Shown here piece after piece: positions 45,010-60,540 of a DNA stretch of 64,000 nt. Location: NCBI RefSeq assembly GCF_009914755.1, contig NC_060940.1; one strand, 5' to 3'. Each line of letters opens with the position of its first letter. Positions within the stretch are counted from its first letter, which is position 1. The notes beneath the pieces are model-generated. The model saw only the letters and a list, made by a program, of their open reading frames with translations, was not told the origin of the DNA and did no database searches. Origin of the DNA: the human T2T-CHM13v2.0 reference genome, Homo sapiens. A program made the translations under genes and the position numbers.

Positions 45010-45810
45010 TGTGAAATAAATATTTGATTTTCATCAGGCTTCCCAACACAGCCCCTGAGATCCCTGGGATTTCCAGAGTGATGAGAGTTTCTTTTGTAGC
45101 TAATGAGATGGCTGGTGGCTGGCAGCCCCTATGTAGCTTCAGGATGGGGGCTGGTCATGGGAAAGATCAAGGCATGATTAGAAGACTGGGACTTTCAGTC
45201 CCACCTTGCCAACATCCAGGTAAGGGAGAGGGGCTAAAGGTTGAATTGCTCGTCAATGGCCAAGGATTTAATCAATCATGCCTATGTAATGAAGCTTCCA
45301 CAAGACCCCAAAAGGATTGGGCTCAAAGAGCTTCTGGGTAGCTAAACACATGGAGCTTCCTGGAGGGTGGTATGCCAGGAGAGGGCACGGAAGCTTCCCG
45401 CCCCTTCCCACATGCCTTGCCCTATTCATCTCTTCATCTGTATTCTTTGTAGTATCCTTCATAATAAACCAGTAAAGGTAAGTAAGTATTTCCCTGAGTT
45501 CTGTGAGCTGTCCCAGCAAAGTAGTTGAAACTGAGGAGGAGGTGATGGGAAAGTTGATTTCTAACCAGTTGATCAGAAGCACAGGTAAAAACAACCCGAG
45601 GCTTGCAACTGGCTTAGGATTGGGGGCAGCTTGTAGGTTTGACCCCTCAATCTATGGGATCTATATGCCAGGTAGATGGCAACAGAACTGAGTTGAATTA
45701 CAGGACACCCAGCTGATACTTGCCGTAGAATTGCTTGGTGAGTGCAGGAAAAACACACACTTGGTCACAGAAGTTTTCCGTGTTGTGAGAGCATAGTTGG
45801 AGAAACTGAT
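45010..45810 (+). mobile_element. MER21-family LTR (near full length)
   Basis: gctaatgagatggctggtggc..atttaatcaatcatgcctatgtaatgaagc..cacacacttggtcacagaagt. Confidence 0.85.
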
Positions 45811-45899
45811 TTCATACCTTAATTCCTTTTTGGCCAAGACTGCCAACCACTTCTTTCTTCTTGCAAATACATTTTCCCGTGGCTTCTATAGTATCAAAT

Positions 45900-46069
45900 T
45901 TTTGTTTCGTTTTCCTTTTTAGAGACCAAGTCTCATTCTGTCACCCAGACTGGAGTGCAGTGGTGTAGTCCATAGCTCACTGCAACCTTGAACACCTGGG
46001 TTCAAGTGATCCTCCCACCTCAGCCTTTCCAGTAGCTAGGACTATAGGCACGAGCCAACATGCCTGGCT
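45900..46069 (-). mobile_element. Alu right arm (FRAM/AluJ)
   Basis: Single antisense arm. Confidence 0.85.
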
Positions 46070-46442
46070 GGTTTTCCTCTTGAGTCTAGCTTTTTCTCAG
46101 CATCCTTAAAATGCTGGTGACCTTCAGGGTTCTTTCCTGGGTTCTCTTGTTTCTCCTTACTCTTCTTACTCTCCCTGGAAAATATTCCTACAATAGCTTC
46201 CAAAATCAGTCATAGGCTGATGACTTTTCATTCTGTATCTCCAATCCTAGTCTGACTTATGAGTTTCACCTGCCCACTAGGCAGATTCTCTGGTTTGACA
46301 ACCTCTTCAAATTCAAAATATTAAATTCAGGATTCATATTAAAATAGCCTCCTACTGCCCTTACAATGGGGTCCAAATTCTTAACACAGTGTAAAAGGCC
46401 CTTCAGAAAACAATTTGGCAGTTTGTTAAACACTAAATTTGT

Positions 46443-47078
<636 letters not shown>

Positions 47079-48158
47079 TTTAAAAGACAAGGATTTCTAC
47101 TTTTCCAAATTCTATTCGACATGTACTGGAGGTAACATCTAGAGCAATTAAGCGCAAAAACAAATTCTTTAAAACATTATTAGAACTAATAAGCTTAGAA
47201 AGATTGCAGGATACAAGACCAATATATAAAAATTAATTGTATTCCTATACACTAGCAGTGAGAAATCCAAAAACTAAGAAGGCAATGCATTTATAATATA
47301 ACAGCAAGCAAACAACTACAAAAAAGTAACAACTACAACAAAACCCCAAAACAAGAAATCTAGGAATAAATTTAACTAAGCAGGTAACTTCCGATTTCCA
47401 GTCAGGCATGTAAGGAGGTTACAAGTTGTCATCCTCATTCATGGAATAAGAAAAATGCTGAACAAAATCAGTATAAACAACTCTTCTTAAATCCATCAGA
47501 GAACTGAAGACACAGGGCAAACCGCTGCCTGCAAAATTGGAAAGACAAACAGGTAGATACAAAAAATCACAAGTTATAGGTGCGGAAACCTCAAAACCTC
47601 CACAGAAACCTGAATGAAGGTAGGAAAATCTAACCTGTAAGAGGAATTCCTGAGGCTCAGTATGATTAAATCTGAGAGTTAAAAATTCCAGAGGGGCCCA
47701 GGCTTGAGCAAGGAGAGTGAGGGCACATTTTTGCATTTTATCTCTAGGAGCCCTATGAGGTCCTCACAGTGAAGATTAAAAAAAAAAAAAAAAAATCCCC
47801 TCCTGCTTCTGGCAGGGGAAAGGGGAAATAAGTCATTTTGAAATAAGCCCAGAGCACACTGTTTTCAACAAGGCGTGCCTGAAAAGAAACTATTTCACCG
47901 GAGCTGAACTGAATACCCAACTCCAGCCCTCTCTAGCTTTCCTGTCTCACCTAAGTGGGGCAAGGCACCAAGAAGCACTTGTGAAGATCACAGCCCAGGG
48001 CACAGGCTCACTCAAAGACTGAGATCTCCTCATAGGATTATAGAACTCTTCCCCTCCCCATGTACCTTACCGTCATTCATATTGACAGGACTCCTGTATG
48101 ATCAAAGGGGAATATAACTCAAAGAACTGCAGATCTCAGGCCTTATTTAAGAAGTCTA

Positions 48159-48412
48159 GGCCAGGCGCCGTGGCTCACACCTGTAATCCCAGCACTTTGG
48201 GAGGTCAAGGAGGATGGATCACCTGAGGCCAGGAGTTTGAGACCAGCCTGGGCAACATGACAAAACCCCGTCTCTACAAAAAATACAAACAAAATTAGCT
48301 GGGTATGGTGGCGCATGCCTGTAGTCTCAGCTACCTGGGAGGCTGAGGTGGGAGAATCACCTGAGACTGGGCAACCACTGTACTCCGCCCTGGGCAACAG
48401 AGTGAGACCCTG

Positions 48413-48450
<38 letters not shown>

Positions 48451-48471
48451 CAAAAAAACAAACAAAAAAAA
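48159..48471 (+). mobile_element. Alu with an internal deletion and long A-tail
   Basis: Right arm shortened (atcacctgagactgggcaaccactgtac). Confidence 0.9.
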
Positions 48472-49140
48472 CAGTTTCTAAACCCCAAAGACATCAAGGG
48501 AGATAAAATCTACACACAGGTATATCATATTCAAATTGTAGAAAATCAAAGATAAAGAGGAAATACTGAAAAAAGCCAGAGAAAAAACTACCTTACCTAC
48601 AGAAGAGCAAAGATAAGAATTACATGAGACTTCTCATCAGGAATCACACGAGCAAGGAGAGAGGAGTGAAATATTTTAAGTGTTGAAAGAAAAATAACAT
48701 GAACCTAGACTTCTGTATCCAGTAAAATTATCTTTCAAAAATGAAACAGAAATAAAGACTTTCTCAAACAAAAATTGAGAGAATTCTTCACCAGAAAGTT
48801 TGTCTTGCTAGAAATGATAACAGATAATCTTTAGAGAGAAAGAAAATGATTTCAGTCAGAAATTTGGACCTACATAAGGAAAGAAAGCACATTACAGAAG
48901 GAATAAATGAAGGCAAAATAAAATCTTTTTCTTATTCCTAACTGACAGACAACAGTTTGTTCAAAACAAATAATAGCAACAATGTGTCAGTGATTACAGC
49001 TTATGGATAAGTAAAATGAATGACAGCAATAAGGAAGAGGACAAAGGAATTGGGAATATTCTGTTATAAAGTAATTGTACTACTTGTTAAGTGGTATAGT
49101 GTCATTTGAAAGTGAACTTAGATTAGTTCTAAATGTACAT

Positions 49141-49352
49141 AGAGTGTCCCCGTGGTCCGTGACTTACAGTTTTTCAACTTGACCATCGTGCAAAACCAGT
49201 ATGTACTGGAGTACCTATAAAACCAGTTCGTTTTTCACATTTGGTGCCATATTCAATAAATTACAAGAGATATTCAACACTTTATTATAAAATAGCCTTG
49301 TGTTAGATGATTTTGCCCAACTATAGGCTAATGTAAGTATTGTGAGCATGTT
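49141..49352 (-). mobile_element. MER47A-like Tigger MITE, truncated at the AluY
   Basis: ttcaacactttattataaaatag..gatgattttgcccaactataggctaatgtaagt. Confidence 0.75.
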
Positions 49353-49643
49353 TTTTATTTTATTTTATTTTTTTGAGATGGAGTCTCGCTCTGCCGCCCA
49401 GGCTGTACTGCAGTGGTGCATCTCGGCTCACTGCAAGCTCCGCCTCCTGGGTTCATGCCATTCTCCTGCCTCAGCCTCCCAAGTGGCTGGGACTACAGGC
49501 ACCTGCCACCATGCCCGGGTGATTTTTTGTATTTTTTTTTTAGTAGAGACGGGGTTTCAAGGTTAGTCAGGATGGTCTCGATCTCCTGACCTCGTGATCT
49601 GCCCGCCTCGGCTTCCCAAAGTGCTGGGATTACAGGCGTGAGC
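49351..49643 (-). mobile_element. AluY lacking its first ~14 nt
   Basis: gcaagctccgcc, gtctcgatctcctgacctcgtg; stops at gtgagc. Confidence 0.92.
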
Positions 49644-49806
49644 TGGGCATCATGGCGGGTGCCTGTAATCTCAGCTACTCAGGAGGCTGAGGCAGGAGAA
49701 TTGCCTGAACCCAGGAGGCCGAGGTTGCAGTGAGCCAAGAGCGTGCCACTGCACTCTAGCCTGGGCGACAGAGTGAGACTCCCTCTCAAAAAAACAAACA
49801 AAAAAA
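49641..49806 (+). mobile_element. AluS right arm only
   Basis: agctgggc..gcctgtaatc..A-tail. Confidence 0.92.
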
Positions 49807-50345
49807 GTACAAGACTTGTACACTGAACACTATAAAATGTTGCTGAAACTAAAGATTTAATAAATAGAAAGACATTTCATACTCATAGATTAGAAGACTT
49901 AGACGATACTTCCAAGTTGATCTACAGATTCAATGCAATCCTTACCAAAAGCCCAGCTGGGTTTTTGTCATTGTTGTTGCAGAAATTGATAAGCTGATCC
50001 TAAAATTTATATGGAAATGCAAGGGACTCAGAATAGCCATAGAATTTTTTAAAGAGAGAAAAGTTGGAGGATTCAAACTTCTCAATTTCAAAACCTATAA
50101 TACTACAAAGCTATAGTAATCAAGATAATGTAGCACTGGTATAAGGACATAGATCAATGGAAAAAAACTTGAGATTCCAGAAATAAACTCTCACATTTAT
50201 GATCAGTTGATTTTCAACAAGGGTGACATGACTATTCAATTGGGAAAGAATAGTATTTTTGATAAGTAGCAGTGGGACAATTGGATATTCACATGCAAAA
50301 GAATGAGTTTGGACCCCTACCCACACCATATATAAAATTAACTCA

Positions 50346-50645
50346 GGCCAAGCAAGGTGGCTCACACCTGTAATGCCGAGACTTTGGGAGGTCGAGGTAA
50401 GAGGACTGCTTGAGGCCATGAGTTCAAGACTGGCCTGGGCAAGATGGCAAGACCCCATCTCTATAAAAAAATTAAAAAGTTAGATGGGCAGAGTAATGTG
50501 CACCTGTAGTCCCAGCTACTTGGGAGGCTGAGGTAGCAGGATACCTTGAGCCCAGGAATTCGAGGCTGCAGTGAGCTATGATTGGGGTCACTGCACTCCA
50601 GCCTGGGCAACAGAGTGATACCTAGTCTCAAAAACAAAAGAAAAG
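50346..50645 (+). mobile_element. AluJ
   Basis: Dimer inside L1. Confidence 0.9.
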
Positions 50646-50701
50646 AGAACTGTTACAATTCAATATTAAAGACAAGTAATCCAATTTAAAAATGGGTAGA
50701 G

Positions 50702-51010
50702 GGCCAGGTGCAGTGGCTCATGCCTGTAATTCCAGCACTTTGGGAGGCCAAGGCGAGTGGATCACTTGAGGCCAGGAGTTCGAGACCAGCCTGGCCAACA
50801 TGGCAAAAAGCCATCTCTACTAAAAACACAAAAATTAGCTTGGACATGGTGGCATGCACCTGTAATCCCACCTACTCCGGAGGCTTAAAGCACAAGAATC
50901 ACTTGAAGCTGGGAGGCAGAGATTGCAGTGAGCCGAGATTGCTCCACTGCACTCTAGCCAGGGTGACAGAGTGAGAATCTCTCACCAAAAAAAAAAAAAA
51001 AAAAGAAAAG
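50702..51010 (+). mobile_element. AluS
   Basis: TSD gggtagag. Confidence 0.92.
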
Positions 51011-52365
51011 GGTAGAGGATCAGAATAGACTTTTATCCAAAGAAGATACAGAAATGGCCAATAAGCATATGGAAAGATGCGCTACATCATTAGTAATCAG
51101 GGAAATGCGCATCAAAACCAAAAGAGAAACTACTTCATACCCAACAGGATGGCTAGAATCAAAAACACAAATAACAAGTACTGGTGAGGATGTGGAGAAA
51201 CTGGAACCCTCCTATACTGGTAACAGAAATGGAAAATGGTACAACCACTTTGGAAAACAGTCTGATAGTTCCTCAAAAAGTTAAAGATACAATGACTGTA
51301 TGACTCAGCAATTTCATTGCTAAGTATATATGCAAGGGAAATGAAAATGTATGTCCATGCAAAAACCTGTACATGGTTCACAGAGGCGTTATTTGTAATA
51401 GTCACAAAAAGTAGAAAGGACCCAAATGTCTACTTACTGATGAATGGAAAAATAAAATGTGGTATATCTATACAATGAAATATCATTTGGTAATAAAAAT
51501 GAAGTACTGATACATGTTGCAATATGTATGAACCTTGACATTATGCTAAGTGACAGAAGCCAGTCACAAAAGACCACGTTATCATTTCCTTTATATGAAA
51601 TATCCAAATAGGTAAACTGTATGAAACAGAAAGTAGATTAGTAGTTACTTAGGACTAGGGTAGTTGGAGGGGTGCTAGCTAAAAGGTACAGGTTTTCTTT
51701 TTGAGGTGACAAAAATGTTTTAAAATCAACTGTGGTGATGATTGTATAACTGTGAATATGCTAAAGAAACAATGAAATGTACACTTTAAAGGGGTAAACT
51801 GTATGATGTGAATTATACCTCAATAAATCTGTTTTAAAAAGAAAAGTGGAATTATATTTCATTATAGCTCTTCATTACCTAGTCCCTGTTTCCCCATCCA
51901 GAGTCATCTGATGCCTCTCCTTCCCTCAAACTCCTCCTGTTACACTGAGCTTCCAGGACCCCTACATGTAATATATTCTTTTAAACCTCTGAGGCTTCCT
52001 TCTACCTGGAACATTCTTACGGCCCTTCCTTCTCTAGCCAAATCCTATCTGTTCTTTACATCTTGGCTTAGATGTCATTCCTCTATGTAGTCGTTTCTAA
52101 CCTTCCATGCCTGAGTTAGAGGCACATCTAATATGCTTCAACTGCAATATGCACTTAACTACTATTTTAGCACTCTTCTTACTGACTTCCGGTCAACTGT
52201 TTAATTGTATCTCCCACTAAAACTGGGTCTTATTTATTGCAGGTTGGCCTAGAGAAGGTAAAACATACTTTTCAAAAAATGGGATAAACTAATCATAAAT
52301 CAGAATCACTTTGATAATCATTTGTCAGCTCAGAAGAATGCTTAAAATAATAATAATAAAAAAAG

Positions 52366-52644
52366 ACTGGGTGCAGTGGCTCATGCCTGTAATCCCAGCA
52401 CTTTGGGAGGCCAAGGTGGGCATATCACTTGAAGCCTGGAGTTCAAGACCAGCCTGGCCCACATGGCAAAACTCCGTCTCTACTAAAAATAGAAGAATTA
52501 GCCAGGTGTGGTGAGCATGCCTGTAATACCAGCTACTTGGGAGGTTGAGAATCACCTGAACCTGGGAGGCAGAGGTCGCAGTGAGCCGAGATTGCGCCAC
52601 TTCAATCCAGCCTGGGCAACAGGGTGAGACTCTGTCTCAAAAAA
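52366..52644 (+). mobile_element. AluS
   Basis: Dimer. Confidence 0.9.
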
Positions 52645-53265
52645 CAGGGAGAGGAATAGTTAAAAATGAGTCCCAAACTGCTGGAAATATTTAATTGTGA
52701 AGAGAAAAGTACTGATGCATAATTTGCCTAAGAAATATGCACTTAATGTTCAGACACTAAGGAAGTTTGCAAAAGGAAAAATAGTGACACACACTGTCTT
52801 AACTGGATAGGCTTTGTGCAGACATACACTTTTAACTTGACTGTTTGGAAAATACGGTTTTGATTTTCAAATACGTTGACTGTATTTGAATCTTTTTCTA
52901 CAGTGATGTATGATAGGTTCTGGATCCCAGTGAATATCTATCTGCCTGCAGAGTCAGACCCCAGAGAGTACTAAGGCTCAGTGCATTCTTATCAATTCTA
53001 AATAAGGGTGAAGGTAGAACAAATAGTACAGACTCCACCTAGAGTCTAAAATAACACAATGATGTCCTTTGTGTAGATTTCTTCAACCTTAAGTTTGAAT
53101 GTGCTTCAATATGCAATTTTGCTAGGAAACTTCCAGAATCTGCTGGGGAGAGTAGAGTGGAGAAGCATGAATTTATGGTGAGAGGAGTCAGAAGAAAACA
53201 ATATTTTGAGACTATTATTAATTTTTCTGTGAAGTTGTTTAGCAATCTGGTAACTCAGAAATTCT

Positions 53266-53570
53266 GGCCAGATGCCATGGCTCACGCCTGTAATCGCAGC
53301 ACTTCGGGAGGTCAAGGCAGGAAGACTGTTTGAGCCCAGGAGTTTGAGAGCAGCCTGGACAACATGGTGAAACCCCACCTCTACAAAAAGCAAAATAATT
53401 AGCTGGGCATGGTAGTGTCCATGCCTGTAGTCCCAGCTATGGGAGAGGCTGAGATGGGAGGATCACTTGAGCCTAGGGCGTCAAGGCTGTGGTGAGCTAT
53501 GATTGCACCACTGTACTCCAGGCTGGGCAACAGGGAGAAACCCTGTCTCTAAATAAATAAATAAATAAAT
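53266..53570 (+). mobile_element. AluJ
   Basis: Dimer with (TAAA)n tail; TSD aattct. Confidence 0.9.
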
Positions 53571-54023
53571 TAGTTAATTAATTCTACTAAAAGTCCAAAT
53601 AACTGCTTAAAAGCTTTTAAGAATGCAACAGCATTTTTCTGTCTAGCAGACTTAAGTGTGTAAAGTTACAGGTCAAGTGACTGCAAAGCCACATTTTGGT
53701 GACAAAATTGAAGGAGAGGAAAAAGCTTTAAAACTGGTGAATTCTGAAGAAAAGGAAAGAGAATTTTCTGAAGCTATAAGATCTACAATGACATACATGA
53801 CAGTAAGGTATGCTGGATTTCTTCCCTAGACAGATGACAAGGCCAGAAGACTCTAAATGGCAACTCAAGAAATAACTACAGGCAACCCTATTTCATTTTA
53901 TGAATCATACATGTATCTAACAGCCCAGAGAAAGAATGCTTTCAAAATTGGAGGTATTTAAAATGTCAAGAATGTATGTACATTAAACCATCTGACTTTT
54001 AGGACTTTTAAAAATATAAACAT

Positions 54024-54444
<421 letters not shown>

Positions 54445-54645
54445 TCACCTTTGGAAAAGTAAAGTTGTAGAAAGAGAAAAATTAAAGAAAATATGACTGA
54501 GTAGATTACATATAATAATTCCTAGAAGAGGCTAAGTATAGTGAAAGGTCAATTAAAAAAGAAAGCAGTTGTTTTAGAAGTAAACACCCATCAGATGTTT
54601 ATAGAGTAGTAATTATGTGATTCTGATGTTAAGATCCTCTCTTTT

Positions 54646-54831
54646 TAAGTTGTTTAATGGGTGTAGAGTTTTGGTTTTGCAAGATGAAAAGAGCTTTACA
54701 GATGGATCGGGGTGACGGTGGTAAAACAATGTGAATAAACTTAATGCCACTGAACTGTACACTTAAAAATGGTTAAGATGGTAAATTTCGTTATGCATAT
54801 TTTATCAAAATTAAAAAAAAAAAACATAAAA
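54646..54831 (+). mobile_element. L1MB-type 3' end with a 15-bp TSD
   Basis: cttaatgccactgaactgtacacttaaaaatggttaagatggtaaattt plus A-tail; TSD aagatcctctctttt. Confidence 0.85.
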
Positions 54832-56674
54832 AAGATCCTCTCTTTTCAAATTCCAGGGTCCAGTAGCCCTATCCATATTGCTGAAATGATTATAATAAAA
54901 CAAATATTATAACTTCTACACTGCTTGCAACTGAGTAATCATAATAAAGGAAAGTTATATTTGTATGGATGGATATATATGCATACGCACACGTGTGTTT
55001 GGTATAATGATTATATTCTGAAAACTTGAAGAAGGGAAAACTCCAGTAGTTTAACTGAAGATAGAGATTTTTATTGATTATGACCCTATATACTTTACAT
55101 CTTCTGGATAAAAGACATACATCTTTTCAAAATGGATGGTACAACCTAGGAAGAGAACTGACACCAATAAATTTGAACTATATAAATCTAATGACCTAAA
55201 AAACGATACATTTTAAAAATGAAAACTGTATCCAGATGTTCTTCCAAAAGGTTATAGTTAGCTTGCCACACAACTCCTGGAGACTGCTCTTTGTGGCTTC
55301 AGTGAGGCAACTGTCCCCAAAGGAATACAGATACTTTCATACTGAGGCAGAGAAACTGAAGGCAAGGGCTAGGGGCAGGAAACGAATGAGAAATTCAATT
55401 TTCTTGTCACTGCACAAGTAGAGTAGGTGTTTAGCAGCTTGCTTTCTCACTTCCCAAACAGAATCTTCAGTGTTTTGGTTCAGAAAAATCTATTTTTGTC
55501 CTAAATTCTACTTCAAAACCTTGAGATTAAAATAAAGGGCACTCTGATAAGAAATTTTCTGTCCCTATCACTCATAAATCTGGAGGAGAAAACGGAGAGG
55601 AAGAAGGATAAATAATAATAGCTGCCACTATATTTTGAGTGCTTTCTTAGTGCTGGGTGTAGTATTAAGTGCTTTATGTGTGCTCAAGTTAATTCTCAAA
55701 ACAATTCAATAAGGAAACTCAGTAACAGGCTAAATGACAAGGTACCAGCTAGAAGGAGTTGGTTAGAACATGAACCAAGTCTAATTCCACAGGTGTGCTC
55801 AAAGTTTACTATGTAGGAATATTTTTGTATAACGGTTAAATTTTTCTTGAATGTTTGTCCAGAGAGTTAAAACTTTAGAAACATTAACAAAGATGTCTCA
55901 TAAACACTGATTTCCCCAGACAAGTGGCGCATTTTCCACAAACCGCTATTTTGGACAGAAAATACTAAAATAATTTTCTCCAGGTGTTTAGAAACGCAGT
56001 TAACCTAATGAAAGCACTATAACACAGTTTTGCATTCTTACTAGTGATATAAAGCACTTTTTCAAATTAATCTGATTGCCCACCTTACTTCCTTTTAAAA
56101 TTATATTGAAATCCTAGTCCTAGATTTTCTTGAGAATTTCTCTAGTATATTACATAGAATTATATTTTAAAGCCACACACTAAAGACAGTTTAGGAGTGA
56201 TTTAAAAAATGGAATTTCACTTTGATTCTGTTAATTCAAGAAGAGGATCTTCAAACACTGTAATTTAAAAAAAACAGAGACTTGCTACACGAATACTTTA
56301 AGCAAGAGCTAAATTCCTGAACAGTTTAACTCCTCCTATCATTTTTACTCAGCAGAATTTCAAATAGCAGCTTGTGTACCCAAGTTATTTACATATTTTC
56401 TTCCTTAATCATCTCCTTTTCAAAGGACATAGAGTTCATTTAACAACCAGTTATTATGTCCTAGTTTTATTGCTATTTTTATTTGCTTTCTTTAATGAAT
56501 GAATCATTTCCAAAACCAGTTTGTAAAGTAATACTCATTTCCGCTATTTCACGTAAAAAGCACAGGTCCAACAATTGCACTCTTTACCACCCCTTCCCGT
56601 ATGTCTCACCACCAAATCACTATAAGACATCCTAAATTACAAACAGATTAATGTCTTTAAGAATGCAATTCTCA

Positions 56675-57009
<335 letters not shown>

Positions 57010-58025
57010 TTAGTTATCATACAGACCATAAATAATTGTGACTTGGACACTAGCTAATATTCCAGGAACTAGTTATTGGTGAAGCAGGAGGAATTAGGAA
57101 AAAAGCTGTTAGGTCATCTAGGTCATCTCAGAATTTGTAAAGAATGGGTAGGTCAAATACCCCTTAGGAAAGCAGATTTCAAAAAACTAGGCCTGATTAC
57201 ATGGAATGAAATTATTGAAAAAAGGGGGTTCAAATGGTTACTAAGTTCTTGAAAATGTGGTTCTAATAATTACAGAGGGTGTTAATAAGAGAGAGGTACT
57301 AAACAAACCAGGATGGTTAAAACAGGACTCATCAGAAACAGCACACTATAAAAACAGCAGTGTGGTATGACTCCAGCATCATTTAATGCCAGGTAAATCA
57401 TTCCCTTCTTTGAATATGCTTCTTCAACAGCAAAATGGGGACATTTCCCCTGCAGAGCTGTTGTAGGGGGTTTGTTACCTACTAAGATCAGTATTTCTTT
57501 GCAGTTCTTTTTGTCCTTAGGTTATATCCCATCATTAAGAGAGCACAGTCAGAGTTTTATGTTGAAAAGTTACTTGATAATTCCTTTTTTCCTTGATGGT
57601 TACATGATTAATTTGATGTACAGTTAGGCTCACTGATTTCAATTTGTATTCAATATTGAAATTTACTTTTTTCAACAGTAAGACTACTCTTCTTTACAGT
57701 AGTGGTACTATTCATATGAGGTAAACACTGTGGCCAGTTGTCCATGGACTAGAATTTATATGTAAACAGTAGAATCGGTATGGTAACATTTATATCTACA
57801 ACTTAATATTTATTACAATAAAGTATTTATGATCAATTTTTAAGATAACTGCCTATGGCTCCCGAAAAGACTATAGCTAAGGATCTTCAAAAGTTAGTCT
57901 GATTAACTTTAGTTGACACTTACATAGTGCTATGTGCCAAGCACTGTAAGTGTTTTATATACATGAAACAGACCTCTGAGGTATGTTGCCCAAAATCATG
58001 CTGCTAGTAAGCTGAACAGATAGAA

Positions 58026-58327
58026 TTTTTTTTTTTTTTTTAGACAGAGTCTTGTTCCATTGCCCAGGCTGGAGTACAGTGGCACAATCATATCTCACTG
58101 CAGCCTTGAACTCCTAGGCTCAAGCGATCCTTCTGCCTCAGCCTCCCGAGTAGCTAGGACTACAGGCACACATCATCATGACTAGCAATTAAAAAAAAAA
58201 ATGTTTGTAGAGATGAAGTCTTGCTATGTTGCCCAGGTTGGTCTCAAACTCCTGGGCTCAGGCGATCCTCCCATCTCAGCCTCCCAAAGTGCTCAGATTA
58301 CAGGCACATGAACCGTCATGTCCAGAC
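58026..58327 (-). mobile_element. AluJ inside a MIR
   Basis: TSD gaacag(a/g)tagaattt. Confidence 0.9.
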
Positions 58328-58528
58328 AGAACAGGTAGAATTTGAACCTAGGCTCTACAGTCTGTCCTGTTAGCCACTTTAATATAATGTCTCCTGCATT
58401 CTAACTGATTACACATATGTCCCTGCCATAAATAGGAGCCATAAAACTTAAACCTTTTCTGGTTACTTAAATGTGTGACCTTAAGAAAATTATTGTATCA
58501 TAACTTTCCCACTATTAAAAATGTTTTC

Positions 58529-58827
<299 letters not shown>

Positions 58828-60240
58828 TCAAAGATAATCAACTGCTGTAGACTAAATCTCCTATACATATTTGTAAATATTATTTAGGCCAAATCAACTG
58901 CTCTACCTAACCACTAATTTCACTCATTCAATCAACATTCATTAAACATTGCTGGGAGGTAAAGTGAGTCAATTTATTCTCCTGTCTTCTCCAAACCCCA
59001 CTGAAATGACCAATATAATATACCAAAGAAACTGTCTAGAAGATCTAGATCCAGGATTTCAATATAATTTTAAAACAAAGGTTGGCAACTAATTTGAAAA
59101 TGTGCTTTATATCAGAATTAAGAATGTAAAATAGTGTTATAGTCCTTTTGTTGGATAAACTAAGTTTCTTAAGAAAATATATATATATATATATAATTTG
59201 TACAAAATTCTATAGCAGCATGAGAAAATGACAAGAATACCATCAACAAAGCAGAATCACTGAAGAATTTCTTGAATCTATACAAGAGAAAACAGGTTCA
59301 CAGAAAAGGAGTAAGTACCTCTGTAGCCTGTATCAATACAGTCAAAAGACAAGAGTCTTCTTCATTAGATAAGTTGACGGATTTTCTAAAAAAAACTCAG
59401 TAAAACCCCAAGCTCAGAGAAACAGGAGCTGAGCACAGCAGAGAGCTATTGGTAAAGACAATGGAAACTGACCACTGAGAATGGCTGATATCTGTACCTT
59501 GAACTTTTTCATCTGGGTATGAACTGCTTGAATGGCCAAGTTGGAGATTTGCCACAAGAGGCTCCTAGAGAGGAAGGGCAGAGCACAGTAGGAGGTGATG
59601 GATAAGAGATACAATCTTTTAGTTAATTCTAGGCTAATAAAAAGAGAAAAAAAGCAGTGCCCAGCAACTTACAGAGGCAAAAAATAAAAGAAATAGCACA
59701 GTAGGGAAAACCCATAATGTATCCAACATCCCTGATAACTGTCAAGATAGTCACAATAAAGGATAATTAAATCTTCAATACAGGGTGGTCCACTTAAAGC
59801 CAACATCTTACTTAACTAATGGTGCAATTCTAAATGGTTACACGATAATAGCTACCTACTGAATGGTAAGAACCTCAGAAAGAGTATGAGGTTTCTAGGA
59901 TTAGTCCTATATTAGCAACATATCAACATAAAAGGGTTTGTCTTCTAATCCTAATCCACTAAATCTTATCCAGAGTGGGAGTCTAAAAGGTGATTTAGTA
60001 GGCTGATATATGACTGTCTACATTTGTCTTAGTAAGATTCTTTGCTATGGTTTCTTAAGTGACTCAATTTAAAAAATTTTTAAACCCAAAGTATTTTGTC
60101 TACAGAATAAAAAAACAGAGTCTCACATTTTACGTTTCATCATAAGAAGATGAATAAGATTATACCATAAATTATCTTGTAGGCTACCTGTGATTATCAA
60201 TCATCCTTTACATTTACAACCCTTGACTGACACTTGGTTA

Positions 60241-60540
60241 CTGTCTTAGTCCATTTGGGCTGCTGTAACAAAGGACCAGGTGGCTTAAAAGCAATTAAAA
60301 TTCATTTCTTACATTTTTGGAGGCTGGAAATCTGAGATCAGGGTGCCAGCAAGGTCCGGTTCTGGTGAGGGTCTTCTAGGTTGCAAACTGGTAAATTCTC
60401 ACTGTATCTTCATATAGCACAAAGTGGGCTAGACCTCTTTTTAATCACCTCCCCAAATCCCCTCTGCCTAATACTACCATATCGGGGGTCAGGATTTCAA
60501 CATGTGAATTTGGAAGGAGGGGTGCATTCAGTCCATGATA
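60241..60540 (-). mobile_element. MLT1-family LTR (MaLR)
   Basis: tgtcttagtccatttgggctgctgtaacaaa..ggaggctggaaatctgagatcagggtgccagc. Confidence 0.8.

Larger units (their letters stand above)
47085..51845 (+). mobile_element. Nested L1M cluster: outer L1 ORF2/3' end (47085-47385, 49807-51845) interrupted by the 5' UTR and ORF1 of another L1 (about 47386-49140)
   Basis: aaatctaggaataaatttaactaagcagg resumes as gtacaagacttgtacactgaa at 49807; ORF1 text at 48510-48900; 3' end with aataaa near 51822. Confidence 0.75.
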
